This document shows positions 54,683 to 64,000 of a stretch of DNA of 64,000 nucleotides, one piece after another. A program made the translations under genes and the position numbers. Position 1 is the first letter of the stretch. Each line of letters opens with the position of its first letter. This stretch comes from Paraphysomonas bandaiensis (Eukaryota > Protista > Chrysophyceae): the NCBI GenBank assembly GCA_965644295.1, contig CBFFRP010000255.1:1-64000 (forward strand), written 5' to 3'. Under the pieces are notes generated by a model. The model did no database searches. It saw nothing but the letters and a program-made list of their open reading frames with translations, and was not told where the DNA came from.

Positions 54683-56057
54683 ATGAGCTCAGAAGATCAG
54701 TTAGGTAATCCTGTGTGTTGATTGTGTGAGTGTCTCACAGTGGAGTCAGTGTCGTTCTTCAGCTACTCTGTGTTCGTGTATCCTGTAGCGGGATATCTGG
54801 TGACTATACACACATACATGTATATATCCATGACCATCAGAGTGTGATAGGTCTCCCCTCAACGACCATACAAGCGATGGAAAGGGATCGTGCTGGCAGT
54901 GTTGTTTCTGTCGGCTATATCGAGTGTTCAGCTGGTACATGTCTCTCTCTGATGCCCCTTATATGCTAACAGACGCACACAGTACATAGAAAACCAGGAA
55001 AAAGGACCGAACTACTACCAGTTGCTTAATGTTTCTCGAGAGAATTCATATGCTAGTATTAAAAAGGCATATAAACGAGTGTCCCTTGAGCTTCATCCAG
55101 ACAAAAATAAATCACCCACTGCAGCGGGACAATTCTCTGCTGCTAGCCACGCCTATAATGTACGGGATTACTTTCAGTAATAAGTATCTAACTGGCTTGT
55201 AGGTATTATTAAATCCTGAGTTGAGAAATGTGTATGACCGATTGGGAGAAAACGGATTAAGGGTAGGCGCTGGTTCTCATTTTTGTGGCTATTGCCTGTA
55301 ATTGCGATATGCAGGTGTTGGCGCAACATCCCATTGATCTCGAGTACTTGCTCGTTAATACTCTCGTCCTCTATGTCTCATCGGCGGTTATGGCTTTCAT
55401 AATGACTGTATCTGACTCATCAGGACGTGCGTTCGAGGCGAGTATGCTAGGCCTCGGAGGTAAACACTGTCACGCATGCATTCCAATTTATCTCTGTAGT
55501 AAACATGCATGTATGCAGTCATGCTACTGGTGGAATGTATACTAGTGGTCAAGGGAGTGCCTCTTCCAGCCTGGTTTCTGTCTACTTGGACCACTCATGA
55601 CTTGGTTTCCACTCTACATCGCCTCTTTCCAGCGTACATGCACGGGTGTCGATGTATACTTAATTCTGCGTATATTAGCCCCGCCTGGATACGGTACGAG
55701 GCATTTCGCGCTGTTCATGAGGGGCAAAATATAGTTAGCAAGGAGGTTCTTAAGTTGGCGCGAACTGTGCAGCGGCGACTGGTGCGTGCTTCAGTCACAG
55801 CCACAAAACCTGACGGCGTATCACAAATTGTGAGCCCCTCACCAACTGAGGGTGTTGTGCTGACTGCGTTAGGGCATGTTGTGAATAAAATGAAGGGAGA
55901 GAAGTGCGAGGGCGTAGCTGCTGTGCGGGAAAAGTTAAAATTGTTGGGTGATGAATACGTATCCAATGACCGTTCGTGTTCTTCTTCGTGGCTTAGTTCA
56001 GTTAAGTACCTTTTTCTTTACCTTGTTATATGGTTAGTTGTCAGAAGGTTAAAATAA
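54683..56057 (+). CDS. Membrane-associated DnaJ-domain protein (start approximate)
   Basis: NYYQLLNVSR...IKKAYKRVSLELHPDKN...YDRLGE J-domain followed by hydrophobic segments. Confidence 0.85.
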
Positions 56058-56551
56058 AATGAAGTAGATTCTTTTCTCAAGTGCTTACGATATATTGATA
56101 ATCATGCATCATGCAGGGTCATGTATATAGTATATATGTTATCAGTTTTTTACCCACTACTGGCTACAAAAGACAAGGCTCTCATCTATTACTTCTGATA
56201 TCAAGAAGTCAATAAAACAGACAATCAATATAATAATAGAGTGCGACTTTGTAATAGGTAACGGATGCTTAAACTGCATTACTACTGGTAAAAAAGATCA
56301 AGAAATACATAGTTTTCACCGATTCGATGTCTATAGTCTTTAGTCTATATTAGAATATGGATCTTATTCTAGTATAATCAGTATGTCACTTGAAGATAAT
56401 GTACGAGAACCGAAAATACAGTGAAATATAGTGATGTACAAATGCTGTGATGATATTGAGAAACTGAAATAGTTTGATCTTTCAAGATATTTTTAGTAAC
56501 GAGAGGTTCACATATGTAGGAGATTATGCGTGGAGCAAAATGAGATTGTGT

Positions 56552-57062
56552 ATATTGAAAGTCTTATTATTAGCAATAGTAGGCTTTAAAAACCTACACC
56601 AACTTAGTAGCTAGATGAATGCTAGACAAACTAGTAAGACCTCTACCTGTAACTAATCAGTACACACTTTTTTCATCCTACTATTCAACGCTACGGAAGC
56701 TGCTTGTGCGCCGCCGCAAGCACCAAGAAGGTGCTACCACTTCCGCTCTGAGTTCTTAAGGTGAACATCCCGGATGCTTGACTTCAGCAGGCAGCCCAAT
56801 ACCCCGGTTATCCTTCAGGTGGGCCCTGTCCCGGATGCCCTTTAGGTGGGTCCATTCCCGGGTGCCTTCAGGGCCCAAAGACGTCTACACAAGTGACACT
56901 TATTGTTGGTGTCCCTTGTACCACACAAGCATTCGGCTATGCGTGGGCAGAAGAATATCTGCTGACTATGTTTGCGGCTCACGTTAGTTTCCCAGAGAGA
57001 GTCTCTCCGGTACTTATCCCCCAGAACACCACGAAAAGGTGCGAGTCCGACTTTGTTGAGGG
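56552..57062 (-). mobile_element. Short non-autonomous retroposon, copy C (most complete)
   Basis: Inserted in the solo LTR with a perfect 11-bp TSD tgagattgtgt (56541-56551, 57063-57073); non-coding; internal 27-bp tandem units. Confidence 0.9.
56974..57062 (-). ncRNA. Putative HDV-like (L1Tc/ingi Pr77-type) ribozyme motif
   Basis: CCCTCAAC..CTCGC ACC TTTTCGT GGT GTTCTGGG..AAGTA CCGGAGA-loop-TCTCTGG GAAA CTAAC GTGAG; P1, P2, P3/L3, P4 and J4/2 assigned by eye; P1 imperfect. Confidence 0.55.
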
Positions 57063-57469
57063 TGAGATTGTGTTGTTTCTCACATTTCGTGTAAGCGATA
57101 TTAATTAATCAATCTAGTCTTACGACAAATTCTCTCTGAGATCTAGTTAAGAATGAGCATTTTCCAACAGTATACAAAATACAAATAGTATTGTGCAAGA
57201 TATTGTTTCGTTTGGTGCGATGCACATAACCACATACATAGTATCTTATCTCTACAGTATATATTTTAAGTTATCGAGAAATCGTTGATATCCAAAAAAA
57301 CGTAACAGTGATAAGAAATATTCTCTCACATATACCACTGCGTACATCGAACCAATTTGTAATCAAATAAAAGCATATCAACAGCTCTACTATGTTCATT
57401 CAGTATTGGAAGACATTTGAACAAAACTCTTGCTAACGATAGATACAGTTTTAGAAAGCGAACTATTTC

Positions 57470-60400
57470 TTAAGACCTTAAGCTGTCCATTATAGCTTCT
57501 TGTAAAGTGAATTCAGAGCTCATACCCACAGCCTTTTCATCACTGTCCCATTGTTTATCACCAATGACAATCTGCGTATGAAATAATGACATCAACTTCA
57601 ATAAAACGAAATAGCAAAGCTAACGTGTATAAACATTGTAGTACCTGGTCAGCGACCACAGACTTGAAACTCTGTAAGAAGTTTATACGGGATTCAATTG
57701 TGCTTTCTGCAAGAAGTCTATACACAGATACAGCCTTCACCTGTCCTATGCGGTGCACCCGGTCCATAGCCTGCAGGTCGACGAACGGATTCCAGCTGTG
57801 TTCTACGAATACTACCATCTCCGCGGCGGATAGATTTAGACCCAGCCCACATGATGCAGTGGTCAAAAGTAAAATGCGTGGCGAAGTACTACCAGGAGTG
57901 TTGAAATCGTTGGCTAAACGAGCTCTTTGATTGGCACTGACTCTGCCATCTAACCGAAGAATTCTTTCCGCAGGGAAATATTTTGTAAACACATATCGCT
58001 CAATGATGTCCAGTGTTGCTCTGTGTTCCGCGAATATTAGACACTTTTTAGAAGGTATGTCATCAATATTATCAGCATCATGTATACTACTTAGCCCAGA
58101 TTGTTCGTTGAACTTTTCTTCCTCGCCATCGCCCTCTTCGTTAGTGTCTGAAGAACTGTCACCGCTGTTCCCCTCATTGTCTTCACTGCATGAATCAGAC
58201 TCATACACACTGCGTTCCGAGTCACTGTCGTACACATGCTCCCTCCTTTCATGTGTGGATGCATCGTCCCCTGCAATTCCACTCCAAACTCTCTCAACGT
58301 AATCCAATACACCTGTCGAGTCTCTTACTACATCCTGTTCAATCAGCAATCTAACTAGGGCACAAAGTTTGCCACTGGCGGCAATGTCATCCACTGAATT
58401 CCCACTAGTCTCTTCGACAAGTGATGGGTGTACGCAAATACGTTTCAAATATGACAAGGCTTTGAATGGGTGCCACACAGAGCCTTTTTTGTCGAGACTA
58501 TAAGGTGGAGGCTGCGGAATGGATGACAACTGTTGCACACCTCCACCAGTTGAACGCTTGATATAATCTTCAAGTTCTCTCTCCAGTTCTGAGTCTGATA
58601 TACTCAAGCCGCCTTGAAATGATGCATACAGCAACCTCTGATGCTTACTTAGGGGGCAAAAGAGGTCAAGAACCATTTTAGGAGGAAGATCAGGCAATGC
58701 CACATCCTTAGTCCGTCTCAATATGAACGGAGAAACCTGTTTAAGTAATTAGACGTTTCAGCATTCAGGAAAAACGGTACCTGCTTGTGCAGCAAGCGGA
58801 GAAGTCTCATGCCCTCAGCTGATATTTCTATTTGTTTCTCGTACGCAGCCGATTTGTTACTATTGGAGTCCTTGATATCAGAAGGCAAGGCAAATATTTC
58901 ACATTCTTTATCCAGAAACGCCTTCAGGATAGGTTTCAACGTGGATGAGCTAAACTCTTTATAGTCACCTGTTCATAAAAACAGCTGTCAAAATATTATC
59001 TGTAACTAGTCATATCACACACCCAAAAATTCCGGAATTATGAAATTCATCAAACTCCATATGTCTTCAATTCTGTTCTGCACAGGGGTTCCTGTCAAAG
59101 CGATGCGATGAACAGCCTGCAGAGAGTTAACAGAATCAACCACAGCACAGTAGGCACAGTCGCGCAACCATACCTGTAGAGCAAACATGCTTGCACATAC
59201 ATCGGTTTTCGGGTTGCGCAAACAGTGAGCTTCATCCGCAACAACTACCCCAAACAAGTATGAATGTAAGGATTTCGACTCCTTTAACAAGCCGATTGAC
59301 TTCATATCCATACTATGACGAAATATCTTGCGGACAATATCGTATGACGACACTAGGAGATGCTGAGGCTTTAAGGTGCTTAATACTTCAGCTAACACAA
59401 CATAAATAGTGATATCGAAATACAACTACGCCACACACCTACACAAGTGAGGTAATCAAGAGTCTTCTTGTGTACTTCGGCTTCCGTCAATATAGCACTA
59501 TATTTTTCCGATTTATTAAATGACTCCCGTCGCTTTAGCTCCTTTAACGAGTGCGAAACTTCGGCTGCCAAATCAAGTGGCTCTAATACGTTATGGGGAA
59601 CAAATTTTTTAGTTTCAGCTATCCAGTGAGGAACCAGTAGTGCAGGACACACAACAAAAGAAGGTAGGCCAGATACTCTTCCACTTCTGTGCAAGCGCAA
59701 ATCAAACATTCGTCCTAACGTAGAAAATAACTATACCTTGCTAGGGCTATAGACGCAAGAGTCTGAACCGTCTAATTCGCAGTATGTGTGGGTTAGTGCA
59801 TACATAATTCAAGGTCCATATGTTTACCTTTCCAAGACCCATTTCATCAGCAAGGATACCACTGAGACCGCAAGACCATAATTGTAGTATCCAGTTGATT
59901 CCTTTTACTTGGTACGGCCTCAAACACATGTTCAACTTCTGGTCGTATGCTGCACCATTTTCATCATCGTATAGTGCTGCGCTCATCACATGAGAACATT
60001 CTGTTATAATTAATAAGCAAACAACTAACACCTTTCAAGCCTTCAATCAGCCGATCGATTCCTTTTACAGCAGGAGCATTACAGGACTCGCTACTTAAAG
60101 CATTACCGCTGGCAACACAGAGAACTCCATGTACAAGGGTAGCAACTTTCTCGTCAACATCATTCCCATAATCAACAGTAGATGTCGGACGGTCCCATGT
60201 AGCAGGTCTTCGCAGCAGTGGTGCGAGGGGGACGAGCATACGCAGAGCCTTCCCAAAAAGCCTCCTGGTCAACTGACAGCTATGGTGACCCACACCATTT
60301 AATGCAACTTGAAACCACACTTCATATCCACAAAGCAGTCTTTCGCGAAAGTCGGACACTGCTGCTAAAAAGTACAGCGTCACAGCAACAGTACGTTCAA

Positions 60401-63400
60401 CATTGACTGTGTCAAATATCGTCAGAGCGCATGATGGACACATAGATTCTACATACCGTTGGTTGTTTCTAGATACTTTAATACTATTGCCGGGAAAGTT
60501 GTTAAAACAAAATATGAGTTCGAAACTAATTCAGGCTTATCTTTACACAAAGCCCTCAGTATAGATATAGACGACTCTAATATCTGTGATGAATACACAG
60601 CCATGTGGGCATGCGGTGTCTTGCATTTGCAGACATCATCAATATCATCATTCCGATGAATCTCGTCATACTGTGGCAACAGAACTTTCGTTTGACTTGA
60701 ATCGCAGGTAGGAGCTGTTGCCACGAGACATGCAGCAACCATTTCCACAACCTTCCCCAACAAACCTTCGTTTAACATGGTTCGCATATCTGAAGCGGGG
60801 ATACTTGGGAGAACAAACGTTAAAAACCGAATGCGTGAAACATTTCCGTGAAATTCTCCTTGAATGTGAGAATTCAATCGTAGTTCAGCCAGAGCGCAAG
60901 GAAATAACTCTAAAGCTTGAGTTTGTAACCTCTAAAAATAAAATATTACGAGAATTTACTCCATCTATATCGTAGCCTAACCGTTGATAACAGTGTCAAT
61001 AGCAACTCGCCATAGCGGCGCGGACTACTACATTTAGAACCTTCATCAACTCCTCCGTGGATAGAGTCTCGTACGAAGGTCTTCCAACACAATGCGCATT
61101 TCTCAGCAGCCTGCACACCTTCACTACAAACACATTAATCTAGATAAAATATGTGAAGAACATCACCTCAGTATTTTCAGCAAGCATTGCTCAAAACCCT
61201 TATTCAGTTCTGCGCTGGAAGCACAGACTTCCAGCATTACTTCATCGATATCTTCTATAGCATCTAGATCGTTTATATCGTCGTCCATCGCGGGATTCAT
61301 TATATCCGTATCAGTTGGCAAGGTACTATTGTCGGATACCGCTGCAACAGAAAACAGCATTATGTCCACTAATATGTGGGCATAAAAATGCTGTTCCAGT
61401 GGAGTAGCATCCAGTGGAAGCTCCATCAGTACAACGAACCGATCTGAGTTAATATTGCAGTCAATCTGCATTAAACCTTCCATAATACTCTCTGCCAGAT
61501 TATACTTTTTCACAATATCGCAGGAGTTGTGAGCAACAGTGATTTCTGTTAATTTGATTCGCAAATTCTTCACAGTGGTTGCCAGGGGCTTGAGGTGATT
61601 CAAAAATTCCTTGCCTTTTTGAAAAGAAGGATTCAAATCAACAAGTCCATGAGAAATGTAGACACTTATCCAGGCCACCCACAAAGCCGCCTCACATACA
61701 TGACGATGCACGTTGGCAGAGGATGGTGGTTCTGGCTCAAAAGACGACGCAAAATAGAAAACTGGACCTGCTTCGCACTTTGTCTCGGTTGGTGAGGAGA
61801 CATTCAAAAGCTTTTCCATCCGATTATAAACATCCATAGCAATGACATAAATTGAATTTATGACAAAAGAATCCCGAAAAAATACTCCGCGTCCCGTCCG
61901 ATCAAAACTACAACTAACAATTTGACCGCATAAAAGGGCAAGGTATACACCTCCATTGGCTGGTGCGAGTGAACACCAATCAGCCTTTATATTCGTATCG
62001 CATGTATTGGATGAGTATTGTATACCACCAGTTGAATCCGAGCAATACGCCTCAAGAGTCGTAGATGTGACCGTGGCACCGCCATCTCGCAGTGACTGCA
62101 AAACGGGGCCAGAAGAGTCACAGTCATCGCAGTATTTTTCTGGTTTCGACTTCTTTCGGCGCCTTTTCTTTTTAGGCTCCTCACATACTTCTTCTTTATC
62201 ACGCAGAGCAATGTTTTCTTTAATACAAAGATTTTCGTTAGCATGATCAATCAATCGACATGAGACAAATGTTCTAATTATATTAATGGCGACCTCCTCC
62301 TCGACGGAATGGTTGAGTTGAACGACCCCGACACAGCGAGAATGAAGTTCTCGCATTAGGGCCACAGCATCCATTATTAGATTTGTATTGTCTGGAAGCC
62401 TTTTCAGCTCTGCGCCATCCATAAAATCATCTCTGATTCCGTCGTCCTTCAATTCTATCGAGACATCAACTGTGCTGTCTGTGGGCATAGCCACCAAGCC
62501 ACAGTCCCCAACAACAACAGCCAAGCTGATAATTTTACAGAGTATTCTAGCTGTAGCGAGGAAAAATCGTCTACTTGCATTCTCGGAACTCTGTGCCGAT
62601 AGAAGTTGAATGCCATTAATCCGAATATTGTTCATCACTTGGAGAATGGAATGAAAAGTGCCGTTTACCCAGGTTATTGAAGACGGTAACCCATGACAGT
62701 CGCAGTGTAATGCTTGTATTCGCGAGAGCAGATCACCGGATGAAAGTAGTGCTCCGTGTAACACAGAATCGATGTCTCCTGCTGAAAATCCACCAATATA
62801 CACCCTGACACACACACGAATCGCTTCTGCTGTCAACGGAATCACTGTGTTGGCACTCAGTGACGTGATGTTGGGGACAGATGTGTTCAAGGCAGACAAC
62901 AATAATGGGATACGGGAATGAATTACTCTATCTGCATCAGACCACGATGCACAGCTAGCGATATACTCCTCTCTTCGATTAAGGGAGCATACAGCATCAA
63001 GAGCAGCTCCTCGAATATCGTCATTAGTTTCCTGCGCTATAGCCTTACTTAGTGCCCCAAATACATCGTCCACCAAGGCAGCTGTGCGCAGACTCTCCAC
63101 ACCTCGTCCAAGTAAATGTTTCAAAAGCAGCAGTCCTGAGTGACGCACCGTCCATATGCTCTCATAGGAACACATTTCCAGTGCACTGCGGAGAGCAATC
63201 TCTGTTGCCTCGATATCACCTGTCTCATGGTGGGCGAACGTTGCACACACAACAGCTACAAGCTCTGCAGCAGCCTCTTTCACTGGTGAGTATAACGGGG
63301 TATTCGTAGTGTGTCCAGCATCATCGCTCTCACCTGCTACGTCCATAAAACGGTCCAGCAAAAGGACTGACAGTCCGGTCGCCAGAATATCTTCTGCAAG

Positions 63401-64000
63401 AAACGGTGGTATACGAGGGCTATCTTCGGGATTCGGGTTCATCAGCGACAATCCTTCCAGCACACCGACAAGACTATGACAGCGCCCATGACGTGATACC
63501 CAACTGTCAGCCAAAAGACCCGATACCATGAACCGCAGCAAACGCACAAACCAACTCTCGTTTGATTCATTATCCCGCAATTCCAAGTTTCCGCTTCCAT
63601 TATTCTCCGAACTGTACGCAGAGTTCTCTGAATCTTGTGGTGTAATGGTGACATCCTTGCTTCCTAGCAAATCCTTCACGCGCATGTACCGCACAGACAC
63701 CGCTGCATCTCGACTGGCTGTTTCCTTGCCCAACCGTCTCCGTAAGGCCGACCTCTGCTGTTTTACCCATTGGGAACCGTATATAAGGTCCCCATCTGTT
63801 TCACTTTTACCGCTATCGCCATAGAGCTCCACCCCATTAGACACTATATGGCTGATATCGATATCATGTCTAGATAATATGACCCCATCCGACTCACCTA
63901 TGAGAAAACAACAATCAAATCATTACACTGGTACACTCAACACCCTCCCCTTACCAGACTCCAGGAGCGGTATTAAGGTCGACTGATACTTCACACATAA
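57470..64000 (-). CDS. BTAF1: SNF2-family ATPase BTAF1/Mot1 (5' end outside the window)
   Basis: [26 protein letters not shown] and WTVRHSGLL in the HEAT region; [52 protein letters not shown]. Confidence 0.88.

Larger units (their letters stand above)
56348..57169 (+). mobile_element. Solo LTR of the copia family, interrupted by a 511-bp retroposon
   Basis: TATTAGAATATGG (56348) to TTTCCAACA (57169); flanks gtcta/gtata (4/5 TSD); the two halves rejoin to match 44714-45018. Confidence 0.88.

Noticed and set aside
56552-57062. Hammerhead ribozyme or Penelope/retrozyme interpretation of the repeat
   Set aside because: No CUGANGA...GAAA core in the right order on either strand; only CUGAAGG-like partial matches
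56778-57108. Similar short ORFs MTSAGS... here and at 4580-4825
   Set aside because: Non-ATG starts, antisense to the retroposon and frames not conserved between copies; similarity reflects the repeat

Overview
Eukaryotic nuclear DNA with short GT-AG introns (mostly about 45-60 bp). The gene content suggests a stramenopile, probably a plastid-bearing ochrophyte (inference from the atypical MAPK and a YbaB/EbfC with a likely targeting leader). About 14 host genes are present, mostly in head-to-head pairs: an atypical MAPK, a giant EF-hand/alpha-beta-hydrolase/coiled-coil/IQ protein, YbaB/EbfC, a hypothetical protein, 3-hydroxybutyrate dehydrogenase, PI4-kinase, CHMP2/Vps2, an AT-hook+PHD+2OG-Fe(II) dioxygenase, MCM7, a multi-KH RNA-binding protein, kynurenine 3-monooxygenase, a sulfotransferase, an HMG-box protein, a PAP2-family protein, a DnaJ protein and a partial BTAF1/Mot1. 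The AT-rich gaps hold mobile DNA: an intact, very young Ty1/copia element (identical 293-bp LTRs, unusual TA...CA termini), two related solo LTRs, hAT remnants and a MITE-like palindrome. The most notable item is four copies of a short non-coding retroposon. Three copies have 10-13-bp target duplications, and its conserved 5' end matches the layout of the HDV-like ribozyme signature (Pr77) of trypanosomatid L1Tc/ingi/SIDER elements. No rRNA, tRNA or CRISPR array was seen. Exon boundaries were read by eye and gene ends are approximate.
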